Below are positions 53,025-64,000 of a stretch of DNA of 64,000 nt, piece after piece. How positions within the stretch are numbered: the first letter of the stretch is position 1; each line of letters starts with the position of its first letter. The position numbers were made by a program, and so were the translations under genes. The notes beneath the pieces are model-generated. The model was not told where the DNA came from. It was given only the letters and a program-made list of their open reading frames with translations, and did no database searches. This stretch comes from Octopus vulgaris (Eukaryota): contig OX597832.1 of NCBI GenBank assembly GCA_951406725.2, positions 35,154,001 to 35,218,000 of the forward strand, in the 5' to 3' direction.

Positions 53025-53118
53025 ATGCAGTACAATCGTTTCATGCGACTCCATTTAATTTAACAATGCAATCATTTCATTACATCAATTTAAAATGAAG
53101 AGCAATCTTCAGCTGCAC
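53025..53118 (-). ncRNA. Type I hammerhead ribozyme-like motif with long stem II
   Basis: Minus strand: gtgcag CTGAAGA [64-nt hairpin] GAAA cgattg TA ctgcat. Stem I gtgcag/ctgcat, near-palindromic stem III, GUA cleavage triplet. Confidence 0.7.
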
Positions 53119-53221
53119 AAAGACATAGAATTGCTTTTTCTGACCAACTGACCTTTCCTCGTCATATAAGACCTATTATCTGATGTCTTTGTGGACAACA
53201 TTTCTGACTGTTTCTTCTGAC

Positions 53222-53695
53222 ATGCAACCAAAAGAATACCCTCCATCAGGCATTTGCCATATCCTGAACACCTTACTTCCCTGGGCATGGACACATTGAA
53301 ACTCCGACGTCTGGCAGACACCTATAAAATTATCAACTATCGTACAAACAATAACTCTGAGCACCTTTTCAAACTCCACATATTTACAAAGTCAGAAAAC
53401 AGCACAGCTCCCATGACTTCAGGAAACATTTTTTCACGCTGAGAGTTGCTGAAGCATGGAACAAACTGCCGGCATCAGTTGTTAGTTGTTGGAGCATTGC
53501 ATCCTTCAAAACTTCCATGCTTCCTGAGATTCGCCAACACTACACCTGATTTTCTCCCCTCCATACACACACAGGCATGTATCTGACTCATACATTGTTC
53601 GCTTTCCAGACATTTTTACATTACTGCATATTCTCTGACAAGTTGTGGTGCACCTGAGCACTGTATACAATAATTTCATTATTATTATTATTAAA
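53222..53695 (+). mobile_element. CR1 LINE 3' end with internal deletions
   Basis: Homologous to 60880-61390; (ATT)n tail. Confidence 0.9.
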
Positions 53696-53777
53696 GTCCA
53701 TGAGGTCAGTTGAAAGAGATCTCCATGAGGCATTTGCCATATCCTGAACGCCATGAGATCTCTTTCAACTGACCTCA

Positions 53778-54060
53778 GGGTTTCTCTGATACAGGATTCC
53801 ATCAGTTTGGCGATGCAGCTAGTAAGACTGACGGGGCGATAGTTGACAGGCGATGTGCGGTCGCCTTTTTTGAACAGAGGGATGACACTGGCAGTTTTCC
53901 ACTGTTCTGGAGTAACATCATTGTCAAGACAGAATTGGAAGAATAGAGAAAGTTGGCTTAGAAGAAAGTACCCACCGCGTTTGAGAAGTAGGTATGTAAC
54001 ACCATCGAGACCAGGAGAGGCATGCGTTTATTCTTTAGGTGGCGTTGCAGCATTGCTGGT
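53778..54060 (-). mobile_element. CR1 LINE internal fragment in opposite orientation
   Basis: Matches 37400-37620 (WKTASVIPLFKKGDRTSPVNYRP) and extends to SPGLDG. Confidence 0.85.
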
Positions 54061-54061
54061 G

Positions 54062-54345
54062 TAAATTTCTGGGATTGTAATCAATGATCTATTGAACTTG
54101 TTGGATAAATTCAGGTGTTCTGAGGATTTCAGAGTGTTTAGAACGCTTTTTATGCTTTGATACTGATGATACATTTCCATCTTTAATCTCTAGCTCCTTT
54201 TAAACTTTGTAGGCGAAAGATCTGGCAACTTTTAAAACTCGAGATATTTCTAAATCGCTATGCTCAAACTTTTACAACCACAATAACAGTATGACTCTCC
54301 ATTTGTTGAGTAAGCTGAGGGTCTGCCATTATTATTTTCTGAAAC
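54062..54345 (-). mobile_element. mariner/Tc1-type transposase N-terminal remnant
   Basis: MADPQLTQQM..SDLEISRVLKVARS..RTPEFIQQVQ.IIDYNP (HTH region). Confidence 0.6.
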
Positions 54346-54683
54346 AAAGATTATACAGAGTTTGCAAAAAAAATCAGCAATGACCCCAATATTATGTGTG
54401 TGTGTATATATACACAAAGGATAAAATTATTATAAAATAATAACAATAATATCAGTGGCTAGCATGCTTTAAAACTAGACATAAAAATTAATACAAGTCT
54501 ATAATCATATATAAATATATACAACTATAATGAAGGGTACTGGGAAAAGTAGCAACATGCTAGAAATAGAGGTGAAAATGACTCTAAACCACTTAAATCA
54601 CTCATATACACAGGTGAAAGCAAGGAAATAACCAAGAATTAGTGTACCTTTTGAGAATAAAATTCACAAGTAATAAACAGATG

Positions 54684-54741
54684 ATCCCATATCGATCAAT
54701 TTCAGGACCTGCAGTAAATACTCAGCTATCGTCAGTGAGAT
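54684..54741 (-). ncRNA. Second type I hammerhead-like motif
   Basis: Minus strand: atctca CTGACGA tagctgagtatttactgcaggtcct GAAA ttgatcga TA tgggat. Stem I atctca/tgggat, near-palindromic stem III, imperfect stem II. A 5'-half copy with CTGATGA lies at 50853-50885. Confidence 0.6.
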
Positions 54742-55139
54742 TTACTGTGAATTAGTATATATATGTAAATATATAGACATACACATAACATAACATTCAC
54801 ACATATATACACGAGGCCAATCAATTTGACTATCTCACCATGTGCTTTCCAATCAAATATTTCTGCAGTAAATATAATGATCAGAATGAATAAAACAATA
54901 TAAGAATGTGTGTGTGTGTATATATATATATATATTTTGTTCTCAAGTTGGCTACATATTTTATTTTACCACCACTCTAAATTAACCCTTGCTTGTTTGC
55001 AGTACGTCCAACCACCCATTCCCACTACCACCACCACCATCAATACCGGATATCTCTCTTCTCTCATCGGAAACCCCCTCAGTCAATGGAGGTATCCTCT
55101 ACTCAAACCTGCAATTTCCTCCTCCTCTTCCTCTCTCTG

Positions 55140-56647
55140 AAACTTGTCCTCATAGCAGAATCACTGCCAGAACTAGAGAAAAAATTTCAGGTGTGGAAGC
55201 AAGGTTTCGAATTGAAGGGCCTTAGAGTCAATGTAGCAAAGACCGAAGTCCTAGAAAGTAGGGAGGCGAACTCATCACAAACCCCTTCGGGTAGATGGCT
55301 CTGCTCAATCTGTAGAAAAGGTGTAGGTAGAAACTCCATAAGATGTACCCAGTGTAAGCTATGAATGCATAAGAGGTGCAGCAACATCAAAGGAAGATTA
55401 ACCGGGAAGATAGCTTTTTTGTGTGTGGCAGACGCAGAGGGGCAATAAACACTGCAGATGCTCAGAAAATGGATTCCATCACATGCCAGGGGAGAAACTA
55501 GAAGTATTGATAGCTTCCATTACCTAGGTGACCAAGACTGTAGTGGGGGTGGATGCTCAGAGAGCGTCACCACTAGAATAAGAATAGCCTGGGCAAAGTT
55601 CAGAGAGCTCCTACCTGTATTGGTGACAAAGGACCTCTCGCTCAGAGTGAAAGGTAGATTGCATGATGCATGTGTGCAAACTGCCATGCTACACAGTCAC
55701 AGCTCATGTTTCACCGCTCAGTGAAACATGGGCTGGGACTGCTGAAGATATGCGTAGGCTCGAAAGAAATGAAGCTAGTATGCTCCATTGAATGTGTAGT
55801 GTCAGTGTGCACACACAACAGGGTGTAAACACCCTGAGAGAACTATTGGACATAAGAAGCATCAGATGTGGTGTGCAAGAGAGACGACTGCACTAGTATG
55901 GTCATGTGCTGTGTATGGATGAGGAGAGCTGTGTAAAGAAGTATCACTTCCTAACAGTGGAAGGAACCCATGATAGAGGGAGACCCAGGAAGACATAAGA
56001 TGAGGTGGTGAAGCATTGGGCCTAACAGAGGCAATGATGAAAGACCGAGACCTCTGGAGATATGCTGTGATTGAGAAGACCCGGCAAGTAAAGTGAGATC
56101 ACAGCCATAGCCTATACCAGTGTCGCATAATCAGCCCATTTCAAAAGTACCTTTGAACCGTCGGGCAACTTGTGCTTGAGGAGACATATGGAGTCAAGTA
56201 CAATCAAAATCAAAAATCAAATCACAATCAAATAGAAATTGTAGTTGTGGCTGATGCCAGTGCCACCTGACTGGCTCTCGTGCTGGTGGCATGCAATAAG
56301 CAACATATATGCGTGGGTCATTGCCAGTGCCACCTGACTGGCTCCCTGTGCCAATGACATGTAAAAAGCACCATCTGAACGTGGTCGATGCCAGCCCCAC
56401 CTGACTCCTGTGCTGGTAGCCTGTAAAAAGTACCATCCGAAAATGGCTGATGTCAATACTGCCTGGCTGTCTCCCATGCCAGTGGCACATAAAAATCACC
56501 CACTACATTTTTGGAGTGGTTGGCATTAGGAAGGGCATCCAGCTATAGAAACATTGTCAGATCAGATTGGAGCCTGGCTTGCAAGTCCCCAGTTAAACCG
56601 TCCAACCCATGCCAGCTTGGAAAACGGACGTTAAACGAGGATGATGA
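55140..56647 (+). mobile_element. RTE LINE 3' half
   Basis: LIAESLPELEKKF, Cys/His-rich insert (CSICRKGVG..CTQC), RIAWAKFRELL, 3' UTR and gatgatga tail. Confidence 0.9.
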
Positions 56648-58355
56648 ATAATGCTTCTGAAAACAGATTACTAAGATCTGACAAGTATCCATAAATGAAG
56701 GTTTTTGTGTAATCAAATTTTGCTTTAGAAACACATCAGTGAGAATCCTCTTTGTTTTCACATATTTGTTTTCACTAAATATTGAACAAGAATGCAAGAA
56801 TGATTAACAAGTACCTTGATGACTTCTTGTTTTTAGCTTTTTATAATTACATCAAAATTGTTGATGTTCATTTCAAGTTTCACACTGATTTCAGCAAAAT
56901 AATTACAACTTTCGAAAAACATTCATACTATACTGCTTTAGTCATGAATTTGAAAATATATTTTTTGTGTAAATTACAGACTGCTGCTAATTGCCATGCA
57001 AAATTTAAGTAACTTCCAAGATTTTAAAGGTTGAGCATGCCTGCACTAGCTATATTATAGTGATAACTGAATTAATTTTGGTTTTCAATGGGGGTGGAAG
57101 AGGACATAAAACTGATGTTCTGAACAATCAGTTGCCTTTCTGAAATTTTTTAAAACAGATTTTTTAATATAATCGAAGTTGAGATAATCACATGTCATGT
57201 CAAAAATCTAAAAAAATGAAGCATTAAAATTTTATTTTATTTGTAAATTTATATAACAATAAAAACAGTTCTTGAAAAAATTATGATTTGGTTTGTTAAA
57301 AATTGGTTTCAAGTTTATTACAGTAAACAACAAAGGTTATGAATTAATATTTCCAAGTTATCCTTTCTTTCATATGTATTATAATTTACTTGATTTGGGT
57401 TAGAATATAGTAGCTTTAGAGTTACATCAGTAATAAATAAAAAGAAAGCATCTTCCAAGAAAAACTTTGAATACAAAATGATATCATCTAAGAAAGTTCT
57501 TGCAATTAGCTGTCCATTTATATTTATATATATTAAAGTTAGCTAAGGACGGTTTATGGGATTAGCATAGGTTTCACGTCCATAAAGGGCTTATACTTAT
57601 AGCGTACCATCAGATCCCAAAACCTGTTGGCTAAAGACCTGTCAGTATGTTAGAGGAAAGGACCCCATTACTCAATGGCAACAAAGGAGATTGTCTCCCC
57701 TTGGCTATTAATCGCCAATGTCAACAAAGGGAATTGTATTCCTTTGGCTTATTGATTGCCAGTGATCCTGTTGCCCTGTGGGTTCCAATAGGTTAGCAGG
57801 AATTTCCTAAAATGTAAGCACTGTTCAAAGACCTCTGTTCTGGAGTTCAGGATGTTCCCTCGGTTGAGGGAGTCCTTTAGGATCCTTACCCATTCCACTA
57901 TGCATAATTAACAGCAATTGGTCCCATTAATGTAGGGGCCTGGATTTTCTAGGATTCTCCATGATATTGTGTATGGAATCCCATCGTTTATCAGCTGCCA
58001 AACATATATAAATATATATTGTAGGAAATAAGCACCAACAGCAGGTTGTGGAACGGAGTGATGCCTGTCATTTATGTCTTCTAATAATGTTTCTGTTTCT
58101 TGTCCAGGTCTTACAACTACTGAAGTGAACTGTTTCAATATAAGCTTTGAAAAGTAGCATTTTAAATCTATTACCATCTGAAAAATTACAAACGTTTACA
58201 AATTCTTGTTAACTGGGGTCTGTTTTTGACCTTTCCAGATGCCAATTAGCATGGAAGTGCAAACTTTTGGAATTTTCCATTTAGTGATAGGATTAAATGC
58301 TTCTTCTCAAAATGTACATTGAAACAGTTTCTACAGCCTATCAATTTAACAAGGT

Positions 58356-58475
58356 TGAGCTCCTGAGATGGGGCATAGAATTCTGAGCTCCTCAGATGGG
58401 ACATAGAATTCTGAGCTCCTCAGATGATGGAGCATAGAATTCTGAGGTCCTCAGATGGGGCATAGAATTCTGAGA
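58356..58475. repeat. 28-bp minisatellite, ~4 units
   Basis: tgagctcctcagatggggcatagaattc repeated with small variants. Confidence 0.9.
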
Positions 58476-59136
58476 TTCAAATTTTAATTGATTAGTTTTT
58501 TACTCTCATTTTTTGCAGATGTAGTTTCAAAATTTGTCAGTTAGATGGGGATCTAGCCACATCCCTATTGTCTTAATCTAATGAAGTATATTATTTTCAA
58601 AGAGATTTTAGATGAAACTGTAGTTTTATTCTAGAATGAGCACATTAATAAGAAATTCAAACTGGAAAAATTATGTTCATTAATCTCTTTAATATATAAT
58701 TTTTTTCTCTGAGACATTGACTACAAAGCTTGTGTTTCAACAGTTTTCTAACTGAAGCAACAAAGCAGATGGAAAACAAACCTGAAAAGGTCATCTCTAT
58801 TTCTGCTTTAATACCAGTATCATCTACAACTACAGCATATTTAAACAAAGTTAAATTTATACTTAGAAATGCTAGTTTTCTTTGGTTTTTTCTTGTTGGT
58901 TTTTTTTCAGTTTGAATTAAAAATCTAGAAAGCTGTTAATTTGGTACTTCACAATTTCTACAAACTTACTGACCTTAAAACTTAATATTTTTCAATCTCT
59001 TTTAACATTAAACTACATAAACTAAAGCCCAGTGTTGTATATACCTGTTTTAAACCATTTGAAACTACTTAACTACACTGTGAAAATAATGAGTATCAAT
59101 CTTTATTAATGTGGCTACTTATGAATATTTCATGAG

Positions 59137-59397
59137 TTAGTTCATATGTAGTCGAAATTTGACCACCGATTTGATTGCTTTTGTAGCATTCTTGTATATT
59201 GCCCAAACTCTACATCGAACATGAACTGTTAATCCAGGTTGTAAGGTATTAAACTGCACCATAAGCAATGGGGCTCGATAGTGAGGACTCCTCAATTGTG
59301 GGAAGAAATCTAAAGAGTACCCTTTTAATGGTGAATAAGTGATAGAATTATTGAAAATGGGGTCCTGTGTGATTAAATATCTTGTGTCTGCTTCTGT
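59137..59397 (-). CDS. Last coding exon of a Na+/K+-ATPase beta-subunit-like gene
   Basis: ttttacag| then TEADTRYLITQDPIFNNSITYSPLKGYSLDFFPQLRSPHYRAPLLMVQFNTLQPGLTVHVRCRVWAIYKNATKAIKSVVKFRLHMN*. Fits the family pattern Y-P--G----Y/FFP-----Y--PL--VQF...C--WA...V-F-L. AATAAA 30 nt after the stop. Confidence 0.8.
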   Translation of the reverse strand, partial: TEADTRYLITQDPIFNNSITYSPLKGYSLDFFPQLRSPHYRAPLLMVQFNTLQPGLTVHVRCRVWAIYKNATKAIKSVVKFRLHMN

Positions 59398-60084
59398 CTG
59401 TAAAAAAATGAAAATAGTTTCTTATAATAACCTATAATTTGATGACGATAATAGATAAAATTTAAAATAAACTTAGCATTCTTTAAATATCTAATGTGCT
59501 CATATTTTCTAAGTTGTAATAAATTCTTTTGTATGAAGAATATATATAGAATCCCAGTTGGCAACTTCATTATAATTCACATTGTTCTGTAGAGAAATTT
59601 TATGAAAAAGTTTCTAAAATAGGGCATAATTTTTGTTCCTGTTTCTATAGCAGGTATTTTTTTTATAAGATATCTTTTTTAATGAACTTGTAATGTTTAT
59701 GTTGCAAGTTAAGTAAATATTTTATAAAGAAACGGGTAAAACCTTTCTAGATAAACTTTTAGTGAAAATGCTCCTTTAGGCTCACTGAAATACTCTGCTT
59801 CATATAAAAAATTTAGGAATGCTCTACATTATACAGCACTCTACCATTTCAACCACAAATATAATTAGAATTAACACAATTTCTTTGTACTAATGCCTTG
59901 ATGTACAGTTAGGTTTTAGGTTTGTCCTACAGATAAATCCCATTGTTGCCAGCATAGTAAAACAAAAACTAAACCAGTAATAATGATGATTACTTTCAAT
60001 ATTTCTAACATCAGAGATGGCAACTACATGCATCCATGGTCAAATCATACCTATAAATAATGATATAAAATTTGTAGAAAATAC

Positions 60085-60192
60085 CTCTCCAGTGCAGGTA
60101 ACTGGAACATGATCTTTAGACCATATGCCAGTTAAGTATTTTTTAACAACAGGGTTGCTTTTCTTGTAAGGGAAAGGTAATGTATTTTCAGG
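60085..60192 (-). CDS. Penultimate exon of the Na+/K+-ATPase beta-like gene (PENTLPFPY...HVPVTCTGE)
   Basis: tttcag| ... GAG|gtattt, phase 0/0; V-C-GE matches the beta-subunit motif carrying the first Cys of the third disulfide. Confidence 0.75.
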
Positions 60193-60358
60193 CTGAAAGA
60201 AGATAATAAAGTTCATTATTTGCAATAAAATGGTAACAGAAAGAATAAACTTTTTGATATAGTACAATACAAAGCCCTAAGCTCATTTCAAGATTCCTTC
60301 TTTGACACACACATACACAGATTTAAAGACAAAGTAAGAACTATCTTTTCACCTTTAA

Positions 60359-61482
60359 CCCTTTTGTTACCAACCCAGCTGAAACCAGCTCTGGCTCTGA
60401 GTACAAATGTCTTATTTTCATAAGTTTTGAATTAAAATCTTCCATCAAACCTTAGTCACAATTTATGTTCCTAACACTAGCTTAATGATCTCTATTGCAA
60501 TCAGACCTGGACACAATGCAGCAGTGGATCATGGACTGGCAACTCTAGCTGGTTGTGGACAAACGTACCACCATGCATTTTGGGAGGAAAAACCCAGTGT
60601 CTACTTACTCCCTCGACAACACTAATCTCAAAAAGTCTTCTTGTGAACGTGACCTGGGCATTATTGTCGACAGCAATTTGCATTGGACAAAACACATTGC
60701 TAAAATTGCCAAGAAGGCTGAGAGTGTCTTGGCATCACTCACCAAGTCCTTTGTGAGCCGCTCTCCAGCTATCTACCTGTGGCTTTATATAGCTATGGTA
60801 CGACCTCACCTGGAATTTGCATCACCAGTCTGGAACCCCTATCTTGCCCAGGATATTAATTGTCTGGAAGCCATTCAGCAACGTGCAACCAAGAGAATAC
60901 CCTCCATCAGGCATTTGCCATATTCTGAACGCCTTACATCCCTGGGCATGGACACATTGAAACTCCAACATCTGGCAGCTGGCTTGGCAGACACCCATAA
61001 AATTATTAACCATCTTACAAACAATAACTCTGAGCACCTTTTCAAACTCCACCTGTCTAACACCCACAGACATGTTTACAAAGTCAGAAAACAACACAGC
61101 TCCCATGATTTTCGGAAACATTTTTTCATGCTCAGAGTTGCTGAAGCATGGAACAAACTGCTGGCATCAGTTGTTAGTTGTCGGAGCACTGCATCCTTCA
61201 AAACTTCCATGCTTCCTGAGATTCGCCAACACTACACCTGATTTTCTCCCCTCCATATACATGCAAGCATATATCTGACTCATACATTGTTCACTTTCCA
61301 GACATTTGTACATTACTGCATATGCTTTATATGCACTTTCTGACAAGTTGTGGTGCACCTGAGCACTGTATACAATAATTTCATTATTATTATAACTAAG
61401 TTATTTTACTAAATTCTCTGTTATATTTAAAGTAATTGAAAGAAATACGGAGCATCTCAACAGAAATACAGTAACGAAAAGG
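60359..61482. mobile_element. piggyBac-type MITE split by a CR1 insertion
   Basis: TTAA|cccttttgttac ... gtaacgaaaagg|TTAA. Confidence 0.75.
60490..61393 (+). mobile_element. CR1 LINE 3' part
   Basis: ERDLGIIVDS, HLEFASPVWNP, HDFRKHFF; (ATT)n tail. Confidence 0.93.
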
Positions 61483-61589
61483 TTAAATAATTTTCTTTAA
61501 TGACACTTCATCTATATTGCCTATTTGTACTATTTCTTCTTTTTTTTTTTCAGACAATGGTCATGTATCTGTGAAACTCTAAAATTTTT

Positions 61590-61930
61590 CTTTATACTCA
61601 TCAGGCATCTTGTGTGCAATCCTGGTTATACATCTTCATTAAAGGGTAGCACCAAAACGAAAACCCAGCTCATCTGCTGGTAAGTTTCCCTTTTCTGCCA
61701 ATCTCATTGTTGCACACATTACCACCATCATTAAGATTATGTTGATTATGTCTCCATAATTTTATAGCTTCCTCTAGTTGGGCAAATTTTTGCTTCTTTA
61801 TGATGAAGTCTTTGTTCTTTTATTCATTCTCTTTAATGTTGCTTTCTATTTGTTCAGTTTGCAAAAAAGGTTTTTGATTGGTAGAGGACCATACTATCAC
61901 TGCCATGTTGTTTGGCATATTCAGCTCAGT
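61590..61930 (-). mobile_element. pogo-like (CENP-B HTH) remnant
   Basis: AKFAQLEEAIKLW-like segment on the minus strand; decayed. Confidence 0.4.
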
Positions 61931-61984
61931 TTTAATTAATTGTGCATGTCTGGTTAGTTGCCACAGAGTGTAGAGTTACTGAAT

Positions 61985-64000
61985 TACCAGCAACAGATGA
62001 TCCAGGAAGTCAGAAAGATGACTACTTATAAATGCCAAAACCTTCCCAGGTGAAGAATGCACCCCACAACATAGATTAGTAGTTAATGACTTCAGGATCC
62101 TGTGAATGGACAGAGATTTAGAGACATATTACTCGAAGCTTTTGACAACTGGAGCTTCCTATGGGACAACCTGTTGAGAGCTACTGACCAGCCACAGGGC
62201 TACTGCATATGGTGCAAAGTTCTCTCTCAACCTAAGGTAACGTGGTGGCAAAACAATATAGTTGACAGGGCCATGAGGGAAAAGAAACAGGCTTGGAAGG
62301 ACTGGAAGAGTGGACGTAGCAAGGAACTGTATCAGATCGCTAGAAGGGAAGCTAGGAGACAGGTTTACTTAACCAGAGGGGAAGCAGATAAGAAAAATTT
62401 GCCAATGTTCTGTGTCATGAGGACTAAAGACTTGAAGTGTTTCGTATTGCAAGACAGTACGTGAGAAAGAATTGTGATGTCATAGGAGAGAAATGTGTCT
62501 GCATGAATAATGGCTCACTTGCATTCAATGGGGCTGCAAAGAGAAAGACTTGGAGATACCTCTATGAAAGGTTGGTAAATGAAGAAAATGAATGGGAGAA
62601 AGAGAGTCTGCCAAATGTCAACCCAACAGAGGGATGAGCTATCTGAATTGACAGTATCTTGTTAGATAAAGCAATTAAGGGTATGAAGACAGGGAAAGCC
62701 CCCGGCCCATCATGAATTACTGCAGAGATGCTCAAAATATCTGGCAGTGTCAGCTATAGCCTAGTCACCTGTATAGTCAACCATGTGATACATGAAGGAG
62801 TTATACCCAATGGCTGGTGTAGCAGCACCATAGTCAACTGTTACAAAGGTAAAGAATGATTATAGAGGCATCAGATTGCTGGATCAGGTGATGAAAATTA
62901 AAGAAGGGGTCATAGCCCAACTAATTAGGAAGAGAGTTAGTTTAGGTGAGATACAGTTTGGGTTTGTGCCAAGGAGAAACACCACCAATGCTATATTTCT
63001 AGTAAGACAGCTGCAGGAGAAATTACTATCCAAAGATAAACCTCTGTACTTGGCTTTTGCTGACATGGAGAAAGCCTTTGACAAGGTTCCTCAATCCCTT
63101 ATCTGGTGGTCAATGAGGAAACTAGAGATAGATGAGTGGTTAGTGACTGCTGTACAAGCCATGTACAGGGATGCTGTCAGTAAGGTGAGGGTTGGCAACG
63201 AGTATAATGAAGAATTCCAGGTAGGAGTAGGGGTCCATCAAAGATCAGTCCTCAGCCCCCTCTTATTCATCATAGTCCTCCAGGCAATAACAGAGGAATT
63301 CAAGACAGACTGCCCCAGGAAGCTCCTCTATGCTGATGACCTTGCTCTAATAGCTGAGTCAATACCAGAACGAGAGAAGAAGTTTCAGGTGTGGAAGCAA
63401 GGTCTAGAATCGAAGGACCTTAGAGTTAACTTAGCAAAAACCAAAGTTCTTAGGAAGTAGGAAGGCAGACAAATCACAAATGCCTTCAGGTTGTTAGCCC
63501 TGCTCGAATTGTAGACAAGGTATAGGTAGAAACACCATAGGAGGTACCCAGTATAAGCTATCAACATTTAAGAAGTGCAGCAATATCAAAGGAAAGTTAA
63601 CTGGGAAGATAGTTTTTGTGTGTGGCAGATGCACAGGTGCAATAAACACCGAAAATGTGCAGAGAACAGCTTCCATCACATGACAGGGGATGAAACTACA
63701 AGTAGTTGATAGCTTCGATTACCTAGGTGACCAAGTCTGTAGCAGGGGTGGATGCTCTGAGAGCATAGCTGCTAGAATAAGAATAGCCTGGGCTAAGCTC
63801 AGAAAGCTCCTACCTCTGCTGGTAACAAAGGGCCTCTCAGAGTGAAAGGTAGACTATATGACACATGTGTGTGAACAGCCATGCTACACAGCAGTGAAAC
63901 ATGGGCTGTGACTGCTGAGGACATGCGTAGGCTTGAAAGCTAGTATGCTCTGCTGGATGTGTAATGTCAGTGTGCATACACGACCGATGTAAGCACTCTG
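61985..64000 (+). mobile_element. RTE LINE ORF2, degraded, running off the window
   Basis: TWWQNNIV, KAPGP, QFGFVP, FADMEKAFD, VGVHQRSVLSPLLF, LLYADDL. Confidence 0.92.

Noticed and set aside
57908-58177. Minus-strand ORF after a plausible acceptor
   Set aside because: Lies downstream of the beta-like stop and poly(A) signal, with no recognisable family; possibly a LINE remnant.
58356-58475. Regular 28-bp repeats resembling a CRISPR array
   Set aside because: Head-to-tail units with no unique spacers in a eukaryotic context; a minisatellite.

Overview
AT-rich, microsatellite- and transposon-dense animal DNA. The RTE/CR1 LINE and SINE repertoire suggests a cephalopod, probably Octopus (inference). 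Two host genes can be read by hand. (1) WRAP53/TCAB1 (WD40 telomerase Cajal body protein) on the + strand: ten phase-consistent coding exons from 21130 to 50745 (~368 aa), one intron that needs a GC donor, and a probable but frameshift-ridden first coding exon at ~9981-10553 that overlaps a clean antisense ATG-to-donor exon. (2) The last two exons of a divergent Na+/K+-ATPase beta-subunit-like gene on the - strand (60192-59137), convergent with WRAP53. The remainder is nested mobile DNA: Penelope-like, RTE, CR1, an RLE-type (HERO-like) LINE, an ORF1-only HAL1-like retroelement, SINEs, Tc1/mariner, Sailor-like DD~82E, pogo, Chapaev3-like, hAT and piggyBac MITEs, a Helitron, and three GG...CC elements with 8-bp TSDs (Merlin-like). 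The most notable non-coding signal is a set of type I hammerhead-ribozyme-like motifs beside (TA)n tracts; the two complete ones both have U-U where stem II normally closes. All calls come from manual reading; no searches were run.
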